NCBI GenBank assembly: GCA_050179755.1
Contig: JBFXEV010000001.1
Location: forward strand, 425,994-489,993
Reading direction: 5' to 3'
Length of the DNA: 64,000 bases
From: Candidatus Babeliales bacterium
Lineage (GTDB): Bacteria; Babelota; Babeliae; Babelales; JBFXEV01
A program made the translations under genes and the position numbers. The notes under the pieces were generated by a model. That model had not been told where the DNA came from, ran no database searches, and saw nothing but the letters and a program-made list of their open reading frames with translations. Below, piece after piece: positions 50,519 to 59,895 of this stretch; position 1 is the first letter of the stretch; each line of letters opens with the position of its first letter.

Positions 50519-51052
50519 ATGTTCAAACACGTAATACTTTTAACGAGTTTAATATCATGCATGCAATCACATGCCTGGGATTTTGCTAGCAATTCAAATC
50601 ATCAACCAAAAATAAATCGTTTTCAATGTAGCTCGGTCGATCATTACAAAACCACATTGCAAGAACAGATACGTAACAAAGATTGGCAAGCAGTGCTGCA
50701 GACAGAAAAGAACATGTGGGCATTTTTAGAAGATGAATCAAACAAACGAGGCCAAGCATTCTTGAATGAAGACACATATCACTTAAGAAATATTTTTTAT
50801 GGCGTGCTCACTTTTGCAGCACTCATAATTACGCCACGCACTCCAAGGCTACTTATAGGAACACCTGCGATTTCGCTGTCACTCTATAATGCCGTAAAAG
50901 GCATCACGGTAACTCCTGAAAACGTATATGCCGCAGAAAAGAAATGGCTTGCAAAAACCATGCATGGCATCGACCCACAGCTTCATGAATTTTTGCATCA
51001 CAATACTACTATAAGTGGTGAACATGTAACGCAAAAACATGGCGAGGATTAG
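50519..51052 (+). CDS. Secreted protein with hydrophobic hairpin
   Basis: AAGGAG RBS, start MFKHV. Paralog of 19519-20076. Confidence 0.6.
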   Translation: MFKHVILLTSLISCMQSHAWDFASNSNHQPKINRFQCSSVDHYKTTLQEQIRNKDWQAVLQTEKNMWAFLEDESNKRGQAFLNEDTYHLRNIFYGVLTFAALIITPRTPRLLIGTPAISLSLYNAVKGITVTPENVYAAEKKWLAKTMHGIDPQLHEFLHHNTTISGEHVTQKHGED

Positions 51053-52165
51053 TTAACCGTAAAGATCTTCGGCATGAAATTGCACAACTTGCTCTTTAGC
51101 CTTTTTATCAAGTTCGCCCGTATATGGTAATTTCTTGATTACTCTATTGATGCTTTGCCTAATTTCTTGTTCAAGCTCTTGCGGTGATGCGCCAGGCAAA
51201 TAAAGCTTTGCAAGAGCAAGGCGTTCACGCACTATTGCAGGAATAAGCTCTTTGGCGATAAGTAAACGAATATCTTTAGGAAGAGCAATCTCAGCCCCTG
51301 ATCTTGTGGCGCCGATAATTGTTGGTATGATATGCTGCACCTGTTGTGGTGATACAGAAGTAATAAATGCCCTTACAACTCTTAATGCTCTTGCAACTCT
51401 TTCTGGTCCTTTTTCCAGAACTTCCATCATCTGTTTTGCTGTTTCATGTTTGTGTAACGCTAGTGCAAATGGCGTAGTTCTGAACTTATCTAGCGCATTT
51501 CCATCGGCGCCAGCTTCAATAAGAGTCACTGCAACAGCAGCATTGCCAACGTTATGCAACGGAGTTTGCCCTACACTATTTCGAGCATTTATATCTATTC
51601 CCTTCTTTAAAAGCAACATGGTCGCTTGAGAGCGGCCGGTTTGTGCTGCATAATGCAATGCAGTATTACCTTCTTTATCCTTTGCCAAGTAATTTGCTCC
51701 TGCTTTGATAAGCAATTCTAATGATAATGTATTATTGGTACGTGCAGGGCCTGCTGCTTTTAATAATGGTGTTTCATCAAATTCATTTACAGCATCTATA
51801 TTGCTGGGACGAGCCTCAAGGATCATCTTAACTGCTTGCGCATTACCACTCTCAACAGCCGCATGCAACGGCGTATTTAATAGATCATCTTTAGCATTCA
51901 CATCAGCACCAGCATTAAGTAAAGCCTGCATGGCGCCAAGATCTGCGCGCAGAGCAGCCAAAATGAGTGGCGTGCTTCTTGCTGGGCCTTCTGGCGCCTC
52001 AATATCTGCGCCATCATTAATAAGTTGCGCAACGGACTTAGATCGATCAATCTGTAAGATTGCTTTTATAAGCCGGTCATCACCTCTTTTTGATCCTTTC
52101 ATTGCATCTAACCTGCCCAATGGCAGACAAAGAAAAAACAAACTTACTAAAATATATTTTTTCAT
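51053..52165 (-). CDS. Secreted ankyrin-repeat protein
   Basis: About six ankyrin repeats (TPLHAAV, GNTALHYAA); C-terminal LPKDIRLLIA domain. Confidence 0.9.
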   Translation of the reverse strand: MKKYILVSLFFLCLPLGRLDAMKGSKRGDDRLIKAILQIDRSKSVAQLINDGADIEAPEGPARSTPLILAALRADLGAMQALLNAGADVNAKDDLLNTPLHAAVESGNAQAVKMILEARPSNIDAVNEFDETPLLKAAGPARTNNTLSLELLIKAGANYLAKDKEGNTALHYAAQTGRSQATMLLLKKGIDINARNSVGQTPLHNVGNAAVAVTLIEAGADGNALDKFRTTPFALALHKHETAKQMMEVLEKGPERVARALRVVRAFITSVSPQQVQHIIPTIIGATRSGAEIALPKDIRLLIAKELIPAIVRERLALAKLYLPGASPQELEQEIRQSINRVIKKLPYTGELDKKAKEQVVQFHAEDLYG

Positions 52166-52472
52166 CAGTAATCTTTCATTGATATTCATACCCAAGTTTT
52201 CATTGAGTACTATTACTCAATTTCAGCATAACACTTTTTTAAGCGCAATATCAATGGTTTGTTGCAGGTTGAATATCCTACCCAGTTTGTAGCCTAACCT
52301 GCAAATAACGAGCAAATGCATAAATAGAAGCAAAACCCTACTGTTTGCCCAATCATTTTTGATATACTAAAAGTGTAGGAATATGCTCCAGAAGCAGATT
52401 TTAAAGGCTACCTGGAATACAAAAAAGCCGCATTAGTTTATTAAAAAATTAATGCGGCCACAAGGAGTAATC

Positions 52473-52874
52473 ATGCCATACAAATCAAATAAACAATTAC
52501 CAAAGGGTGTAAAAGGCCACACGCCAAAACACGCACAAGATACGTACCGTAAAGCATTTAACAGTGCTTTAAAGGAATATGGTCAAGAAGACCGTGCAGC
52601 AAAAGTCGCATGGGCTGCAGTAAAAAAAGCTGGCTATAAAAAATCCGCTTCAACTGGTGAATGGTCTAAAGCCAAGACGAAAAAAGCGTCTTCTAAAACC
52701 ACAACACACAAAAAGAAGACAACTGCAAAGAAGCACACTACTGCCAAAAGAACAACTGCAAAACGTGCCACAACTAAACGTTCTCCGGCAAAACATGCAA
52801 CAAGCAAAAAGCGTGTTACCAAGCGCACTGCAACAAAAAAACGCGCCGTAAAGCGCGCTCCATCGAGACGATAA
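52473..52874 (+). CDS. chaB: ChaB-family protein fused to Lys/Arg/Thr-rich histone-like tail
   Basis: MPY.S...LP..V....P.HAQ..Y..AFNSA...AAKVAWAAVK; AAGGAG RBS. Confidence 0.8.
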   Translation: MPYKSNKQLPKGVKGHTPKHAQDTYRKAFNSALKEYGQEDRAAKVAWAAVKKAGYKKSASTGEWSKAKTKKASSKTTTHKKKTTAKKHTTAKRTTAKRATTKRSPAKHATSKKRVTKRTATKKRAVKRAPSRR

Positions 52875-52880
52875 CCTAGT

Positions 52881-52919
52881 AAAAAGAAAGGCGCTCTAAA
52901 AATGGGCGCCTTTCTTTTT
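52881..52919. terminator. Bidirectional rho-independent terminator
   Basis: AAAAAGAAAGGCGCTC-loop-GGGCGCCTTTCTTTTT between convergent genes. Confidence 0.8.
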
Positions 52920-52921
52920 AA

Positions 52922-54616
52922 TTAATCTTTTGTTTCAGTTTTACTATAATCAAATTTATCATACGCGGGCGGACCGTAAAGATTGTAAGCCTCTTCACTA
53001 TCAAACCACTTATGCGCAGCATCTTTTAAATAGAGAATTGCTGCAAGCGCCTTATAATAATCCACATTAGATAGATAAGGATCAGGCCGACTGCCACGTA
53101 AATTTGGCTGTAAATGGGCTGCAATGGTTTTTGCCGCAGAACTATCATCAATTGATGAAGCAAGATCAGCCTCATATTCTGCAAACTTATGATACGTTTG
53201 TATTGAAGCTGATTTTAATACTTTATCAACTGAATGACTCTTTTGGCTGTACAAATAGTCAGAAATACAAGCTTGCACTATAGTATGATACGAGCACATA
53301 TGTCCGCCAAGCTCATGCTCTAACGTAGCAAGAATACTATCGGCGGTGGCGGTTCTAAGCCATTCTGCATTTAAAGACAATTTATATATCAATTTATTTG
53401 CCACATGCCCTACACTCACTGAAGCTATTGCCGTTGGGTCTTTCTCCCTTTTAACAACTATTTTTTCCAGAATACCTCTTTTTTTACAAATCGCAGCTAT
53501 TGCTTCTTTAACGTCATCACGCACATCTATCAAATAAATAAATTGAAGTGCTGATGAATCAATACGTAAAAACGCTTGCTTGTGAACTTCTATTGCGTGC
53601 TCTATAGCAACCCAATCTTGTGCAGTAAGTTGAAATTCTTTTGAAATTGCTTGATAGACAAGCGCTCTTTCTTGCTCTATATGTTCATGCAGAGCCTTTA
53701 CCATTTCGCCTTTATTGTAATTATAACGATCTTTAAGATATACCGTCACAATAAATTTTTGTATATGGATAGGGCATGTTTTTAGATATACAAAAAGCTG
53801 GGTTGCATTATACGTTCTAATTGCTCTATTAATACCTAAGTGCTGCGCCAGTTGCTCAGTAGCTTTTGCGCAATAAGCAGGCTTTAAACAATCAACCGCT
53901 TGCGTAAATTGATCTACCGCTTCTGGTTTGAGCGTAGCTTGACTCAGTACAGAAGCTCTTTGGGATACAAAATGCTTATACTGTTTATTCAAGGCGATCG
54001 CAATAACCTCATGCGTTTCATCTTGCGCATCCCCTTTGAGAAGATAAGCAATTTGCTCAAGAGTAAACAACGTGATATTGCTCGCAAGCGCCTGTGCAAG
54101 AATGGTATGCGATTTGGCATCAGAAAGCTGCAGGGCTGTAACAATAACATCAACTGGATACTTTGTAATGCTCTGCGCCATACGTTGCGCTATAACCTGT
54201 TTATGTGCTTGCGTGCCATGTTGAAATACATCAAGCACTGCTTGCATATTGGTTATGTCAACTTTATCAATAGGTAGAGCATCACCCTCCTCCGCCAAGG
54301 CTCCGGCGGGCATGTCTGCTGATGTTTGATCTTGCGCAATGGCCAAACCAACGGCCAATGCACCAATTGGCAACGCATACTGAGTAGAAGATGAACTTTG
54401 AGATTCATTGTGCTCATAACTTTTACTGCCAAGCAGTAAACGCACGGGCGCTTGACTTTTTAGCTCTGCTAGCGGCTTTGCGCTGTGTTTTGCAACCACT
54501 GCAGTGCGCACTGGATGACCGCTTGAAAGCAACTGCTGTGTAGCTCGTCTCATCGCTTGTAGTGGCAAGCAAAAAGTTGCTAACGCTAAGAATAAAATTT
54601 TAAAATACATAATCAT
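52922..54616 (-). CDS. Secreted protein with C-terminal zincin-like domain
   Basis: LEHELGGH...H...EYEAD resembles M48-like motifs. N-terminus shared with 54714-57317. Confidence 0.6.
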   Translation of the reverse strand: MIMYFKILFLALATFCLPLQAMRRATQQLLSSGHPVRTAVVAKHSAKPLAELKSQAPVRLLLGSKSYEHNESQSSSSTQYALPIGALAVGLAIAQDQTSADMPAGALAEEGDALPIDKVDITNMQAVLDVFQHGTQAHKQVIAQRMAQSITKYPVDVIVTALQLSDAKSHTILAQALASNITLFTLEQIAYLLKGDAQDETHEVIAIALNKQYKHFVSQRASVLSQATLKPEAVDQFTQAVDCLKPAYCAKATEQLAQHLGINRAIRTYNATQLFVYLKTCPIHIQKFIVTVYLKDRYNYNKGEMVKALHEHIEQERALVYQAISKEFQLTAQDWVAIEHAIEVHKQAFLRIDSSALQFIYLIDVRDDVKEAIAAICKKRGILEKIVVKREKDPTAIASVSVGHVANKLIYKLSLNAEWLRTATADSILATLEHELGGHMCSYHTIVQACISDYLYSQKSHSVDKVLKSASIQTYHKFAEYEADLASSIDDSSAAKTIAAHLQPNLRGSRPDPYLSNVDYYKALAAILYLKDAAHKWFDSEEAYNLYGPPAYDKFDYSKTETKD

Positions 54617-54629
54617 AATAACCCTCGTG

Positions 54630-54709
54630 TAGCCCGAATTGGTTTACAAAACTTGTAAACTGAGACGGGATTTAGCCCGAATTAATTTATGTAAATAAAT
54701 TGAGACAGG
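54630..54709. repeat. Two tandem hairpin repeats
   Basis: TAGCCCGAATT-[palindrome]-TGAGAC(G/A)GG twice. Confidence 0.65.
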
Positions 54710-54713
54710 TCCA

Positions 54714-57317
54714 TTAGTTTTTCTTCTTCATTAAAACATCTAAAACCGGCTTATAGACTTTATAACTTTGCGCAGGTGTCATCTTACCTTCAAATGATTT
54801 AGGATTCTCTTGTGCAATGCGTGCAATAAGCGCTTCTAATTTAGCAATAAGTGCATCAAGCTTGCTTTGATCAAAATCGCCATAAGCACGAATTTCTGCC
54901 CCCTGCTCACGCAATGTATGCACCGTATCTGGAGTCATGACCACGCAGAATTCTTGCATATCTGAGTTATCAAAAGTCTCAGGTGCAGTTTTTAATGTGT
55001 TAACAATAGTTGCAACATTATCAGTTTCTTCACCGCTGATCTTAAGTTTTTTCTTCATACCACCAGGGAATGCCAAATATACATGCTCATTCAAATTCTC
55101 ATGTGGTATAGTCAGTTGTAAAAGCACGCTTTTTGGCACAATTTCTTTAAATTCTTTTTCTAACTGCTTAAATTCAACATTATATTTACTAAAGAGCGCC
55201 TGATCACCAAATTTATCCAAAATGGTTTGAGTAGTTATTGCTGGATCCCCCACATTATGATTCTTTAAAAAATAGAATATTGAACAACTACCAGTATTAG
55301 TTAAGTTGCCAAAGAGTGCATAATTGGCAAACAGGAGATAAGGCCGCAGTTCATCTTGGCCATACTTTCGGCCTTTTGCAAGCAATTTTGTTTTGGTGCT
55401 TTGACCATAAGCTTGTAATACCGCATTGGAAAATTCAGTTTGTTCATCTGGAAACCGAGTAAAGAGATAATTGCCTACTTTTTGTTGGTATTTTTGCTCC
55501 CATAACTTGGTATAGAGTAATTCTAGCCAATATACCGGGCTACGTTGTGAATGATAAAAGACCGCTGATTTATCAGAAATTGCGTGCTCATGACTTAGTG
55601 CTTCTTGAAAGGCTTCTTTATATTTTGGATTAGTAAGCAGTTTGCTTACATATTCCCATGCTTTTCTGGTATTTTTTCTAAGATGTGCTACAGATTGACT
55701 ATCAATTTTTTGCTCACCGATAAAATCATTTGTTTTCTTTTCTATTGCACGTAAAATTAGTTCTATATAGCCGTCACCCTTGAATTGCAGCCTAGTTAAT
55801 ATAAGATCTATATCGTACTTTTCAATATTATCTACAACAGCTTGGGCAATTTGCAATCTTCTATCTTGTTCCGAAATGCTTTCAAATAATCTTACAACAT
55901 CCCCTGAACTATATCCTCCCATATTCCTTATTATTGCTGCAAAAAGAAGTTCATTCGCACGCCCACTTACTCTGTCTAAAAAATTAATTGCATCTTGTGC
56001 ATTGTATTTTTCTATATTCTGTATAATTACTCCAAAAACAAGATCCCTTATCTGATTATTTTCATGTGTGCCACCGCGTTCAAACCTGTTTAAAACATGC
56101 CATAAAAGTTCGCTTTCATACATAAGAAAATCATCTTCAAAACGCAGCATAAGAGCATCTACTATCATTGCTCCATATTTTTTAGAAAGTTGCATACACC
56201 GTATTAAAACCCGTTGACCTATACGTACGTCTTCTACATATTTCTTAATTTCAGCACATATCGGTGGCACAATAGCCTGCAACACAAGCCCTGCACTTTC
56301 ACCCGAAACGTCTAAAATTTGTTTTTGGTGAGCCATGCTCATCTTCTCAATAATCCCTTTATGGATCATCGCACTAACAAGATCTTTACGAGCAGCCTCG
56401 TTTGTACGTTTTAAAATTCTTAAAATAAATGCTAAAGATAATTGCTCGCTATTGTTTATAATAGCCGAACAAACAACGGCTCTATTTTCAGCGCTGATCG
56501 TAGAATTATAGTTATGTAAAAGAAATACAATTTCATCTATACGATAATGCATGATATCATTGGCAATAACTCGAATGAGTATACTTTGATATTTTTGATT
56601 TAAGACGCTTATAAGAAAAGCAAAATTACCCCGGTTATTTTTATAATGAGGGCTACCAAAAAATTTGCCATAAACGGTATTTCCTATAAGGCTGTCATAA
56701 TGCTTTGCCAGTGCATACGCAAATAGTTCATGAGTTTCTTCTTGATTGTCGCGATACAAGAACCCAGTAATTTGATCGAATGAAAAACTCCTAATATTTT
56801 TAATGAGAGCATTTAATACTATGCGGTGCGGCCTGCCACTTGTTTTACGCAACATCTTAATGATGTCCCAATCTGAATAAGAAGTGATTTTTTTAGCTAT
56901 CTTTTGAGCAAGCTCTCGCTTTTCATCTTCAGTTCCATTTTTGAATATTTCAAGAACAGCCGTTATATCAAATATATCGAGCGTATCAACAATTGATCTG
57001 CTTTCTTCTAAGGCATGCTCTTGCGCCATTGCCAAACCAACAGCAACCGCACCAATAGATGGTATGGCGTATGGATTAAATGCATGGGTGTGCGATTTAT
57101 CTTGAGAGTGGCCTTGTTCATACTTATTGCTACCAGAGAGTGGGCGAATAGGAACTTGGCTTTTTATATCTATTGTTGGTTTTGCAAGATGCTTTGCTAC
57201 CATTGGAGTGCGCACAGGCTTGCTTAAAAGCTGCTGTGTGGCACGCTTCATGGCATGGATAGGAGCAATACCACTAAATAGTGCTAAAAAAAGGGTAATT
57301 TGTTTGAATACGGTCAT
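54714..57317 (-). CDS. Large secreted helical-repeat protein with conserved C-terminal domain
   Basis: IHA-MKR signal, helical repeats, C-terminal domain related to 58086-59534. Confidence 0.7.
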   Translation of the reverse strand: MTVFKQITLFLALFSGIAPIHAMKRATQQLLSKPVRTPMVAKHLAKPTIDIKSQVPIRPLSGSNKYEQGHSQDKSHTHAFNPYAIPSIGAVAVGLAMAQEHALEESRSIVDTLDIFDITAVLEIFKNGTEDEKRELAQKIAKKITSYSDWDIIKMLRKTSGRPHRIVLNALIKNIRSFSFDQITGFLYRDNQEETHELFAYALAKHYDSLIGNTVYGKFFGSPHYKNNRGNFAFLISVLNQKYQSILIRVIANDIMHYRIDEIVFLLHNYNSTISAENRAVVCSAIINNSEQLSLAFILRILKRTNEAARKDLVSAMIHKGIIEKMSMAHQKQILDVSGESAGLVLQAIVPPICAEIKKYVEDVRIGQRVLIRCMQLSKKYGAMIVDALMLRFEDDFLMYESELLWHVLNRFERGGTHENNQIRDLVFGVIIQNIEKYNAQDAINFLDRVSGRANELLFAAIIRNMGGYSSGDVVRLFESISEQDRRLQIAQAVVDNIEKYDIDLILTRLQFKGDGYIELILRAIEKKTNDFIGEQKIDSQSVAHLRKNTRKAWEYVSKLLTNPKYKEAFQEALSHEHAISDKSAVFYHSQRSPVYWLELLYTKLWEQKYQQKVGNYLFTRFPDEQTEFSNAVLQAYGQSTKTKLLAKGRKYGQDELRPYLLFANYALFGNLTNTGSCSIFYFLKNHNVGDPAITTQTILDKFGDQALFSKYNVEFKQLEKEFKEIVPKSVLLQLTIPHENLNEHVYLAFPGGMKKKLKISGEETDNVATIVNTLKTAPETFDNSDMQEFCVVMTPDTVHTLREQGAEIRAYGDFDQSKLDALIAKLEALIARIAQENPKSFEGKMTPAQSYKVYKPVLDVLMKKKN

Positions 57318-57552
57318 TATAACCTCCAGGTTAAACTGCTATATTATTATTTCTAATTGTAAATATTTATACGAAAAAGTCAAGTTTTATGAATTTGAAC
57401 CTGACCAAACCTGCCTTTTTAGAAGAACGCCTTCCCCCCATATAGCATTGAGAAAAGTAAGAGAGAAAGAGAGTATGCTTGACCAGACCTCCCTTAGACG
57501 CATGAACTCACACATGATATACTGCCTATAGATCATTTGCTTCAAGGATTTT

Positions 57553-58089
57553 ATGCACACTCATAACAAAATTGTTTCTTTTTTCTGCTTTCTCATTTTT
57601 TACTCTGCAGTATCCACTGCTATGCACACAACTACTTCACAAAAACACACGCATTTAAGCCGCGTACTATCTAAAGAACTTGATCATACCATGGCACAGT
57701 TATTTGGTGTTACCGAAAATACATCCCACGATATATGTTTAGAAGTGGCGTTATTGAAAGATTCTACGCTTACCCTTATTTTGCAAGAAGCTCAAAAAAC
57801 AACATATACATATAATGCGCAATGCATAGAAGCTGCACGCAAAAGAACTCGCCGTCATCTTACCCATGCCATTGGCAACTTTGCACGCACCATCTATGTT
57901 GCGCATTATGCAAACCCCAATCATCACCAGTTGACAAGCACATCCATTGCAAATGCGCTTTGTATCAAGATACGAGCAGATGCATTAGTTGCCTATGAAC
58001 TATCAACACTAAAATCACCGCTAGCAAGTTTTACGGGCCAAGCATTGCGCGAACGCATAGAAAATTTGCTTGACCCGTTTAAATACTAA
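57553..58089 (+). CDS. Secreted hypothetical protein
   Basis: AAGGA RBS; STA-MH signal. Confidence 0.55.
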   Translation: MHTHNKIVSFFCFLIFYSAVSTAMHTTTSQKHTHLSRVLSKELDHTMAQLFGVTENTSHDICLEVALLKDSTLTLILQEAQKTTYTYNAQCIEAARKRTRRHLTHAIGNFARTIYVAHYANPNHHQLTSTSIANALCIKIRADALVAYELSTLKSPLASFTGQALRERIENLLDPFKY

Positions 58090-59534
58090 ACAGAATCTTT
58101 TTTCTGCTCTAACGTGTAATCCTTCACCTCTTGCGCTATTTCATACATGCGCTGCGTCATTGCCCGCAACTTCTCAGGTTTGCCAAGCAGATAAAACCGC
58201 ATAGATACGTTTTCTGGCTTTGCAAGTTCAGGGTGCAAAAGCACGCGCGCTTGATGTGGCCAGAGCACATTTTGTGTTTCAGGATCCTCAAGCCAACCCA
58301 ATGCTTCTGGATTTCTATGCGTGCGTATACCAAGCGGCTCTGATAAATAGCACCATTTTTTTGCCAGTTCCTCTTTGATGCTTAATTGCAGCAACCCAGC
58401 ACTTGCAAGCGATTCCATTGCATTAAGTTCTGCACGATATTTTTCATATAATGCTTGCGCACCATATTCTTTAAACGTATCATGCATAAATGCATTATGC
58501 GCATCACCCTTAAAGCGTTTATCAAGCAACGCAGGAAATGAAGTAACTAACCGTGGATTTTTTACTAAATCCCATGCAACTTGGCCTGCAAGCAACAAGG
58601 CAACCAGCGGCCCGCCAGCATAACCGGCTATTGCTACATCAAGCGCCTGATAACCCCACGATGAAGGCCGTGTTACAAACTCAGCGCTTGAGTCTTTATA
58701 ACCATCGCGCCACCAGCAATTTTGCCCAAAAAAACCAAGGTTGGTTGAAAGCAAATGCTTTTGCGCAGGCCCTTTATCAAAAAGTACTGTATATTCACCT
58801 GTTGGCATAGATCCGCACCCGGGTATGCGCTGCATCACTTGCTCATGCGGTGCTTTATCTATATTGGCATCATAATATGCATGCACATCGTGATATTCAC
58901 CAAGATCGGCAACGGTTGAATCATCACGCAACTTTACAAAATGTTCACGCTTTTCTTGAGCGCGCAGCACTTCATCAAATATCGTGCGCAATACTATGCT
59001 TGCACCCTGACTGGTGCCATGCACCAAGGTAACGTTACCTGCTAAGCGCTGATCATGCTCCTCGATTGAAAGTTCTTGCACAAGCGCGGTGAGCCGATTA
59101 CGAGATGTGGGTAAAAAGTTCCAAAAATGGGCAAACAACGTGCCATCCACACGATCAACATATTTGTGACTAAACTTAGCCTTTAACTGCGCAAGTGGTG
59201 CATACGTATAGTACCAATCTTGATCAAATTGGCGCTTGGTTACCGAATGTGTTAACGCCTCCATATCACGCTGATCACTCAGCACGGGAGCCAGCGTTTT
59301 TAAACTTAATGGCGTGCTTACGTCTACAAAACGCAGCTTTTTTTCATGCACATGATCATATACCGAGCCTGCAGTATACAAACCCGCGGTAGCAACAATG
59401 CATTTAGTAAGCGCAGGTTTGCTTTTTAGCGTTTCAAAAAATTGAGTACGAGCACCTTTCATAGCCAAAACAGATGGCATAAATAATGCACTTGCCAGCA
59501 TACAAAATGCGGCAAAAAGAGTATTGGTATTCAT
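58086..59534 (-). CDS. Secreted hypothetical protein (possible ART-like domain)
   Basis: VLA-MK signal; LVHGT...LLSTN..FFG...LLQLSI...YLSEP.G. Confidence 0.6.
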   Translation of the reverse strand: MNTNTLFAAFCMLASALFMPSVLAMKGARTQFFETLKSKPALTKCIVATAGLYTAGSVYDHVHEKKLRFVDVSTPLSLKTLAPVLSDQRDMEALTHSVTKRQFDQDWYYTYAPLAQLKAKFSHKYVDRVDGTLFAHFWNFLPTSRNRLTALVQELSIEEHDQRLAGNVTLVHGTSQGASIVLRTIFDEVLRAQEKREHFVKLRDDSTVADLGEYHDVHAYYDANIDKAPHEQVMQRIPGCGSMPTGEYTVLFDKGPAQKHLLSTNLGFFGQNCWWRDGYKDSSAEFVTRPSSWGYQALDVAIAGYAGGPLVALLLAGQVAWDLVKNPRLVTSFPALLDKRFKGDAHNAFMHDTFKEYGAQALYEKYRAELNAMESLASAGLLQLSIKEELAKKWCYLSEPLGIRTHRNPEALGWLEDPETQNVLWPHQARVLLHPELAKPENVSMRFYLLGKPEKLRAMTQRMYEIAQEVKDYTLEQKKDSV

Positions 59535-59895
59535 AGAAGTACCTATATTAAAAAAATAAATAAAAATTAATAGCTTACATGCCTAAATGAGGCATTAAAC
59601 AAAAAAATGACAAATTTAAAAAATGGAGCTTGTCTCTTATGAGACAACAATAATGGGTAAAATGACAGAAGAGACAAGAGAAATAGAAAGGATGCCAGAG
59701 TTGCTGGTTAATGGAAATTGCATGAGTGTATCATTAAGATACTGCAGAGTAAAAGTGGTCATAAAAAGCCCTTTCAGCTTTTTGTTAAATATAATTCACT
59801 TTCAGCTTAACTCATTCTCATAAAAATTACAAGAGGAATTTAATTGGCTATTTTGGACTTTCATAGACCATTAAAACCGCAAAAATTAAATCAAA

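Noticed and set aside
54630..54709. Possible mini CRISPR array or integron attC sites
   Set aside because: Only two units, palindromic cores rather than unique spacers, no cas or integrase gene, no GTTRRRY cores.
59623..59823. 66 aa ORF
   Set aside because: No RBS, motif or paralog; cannot be supported.
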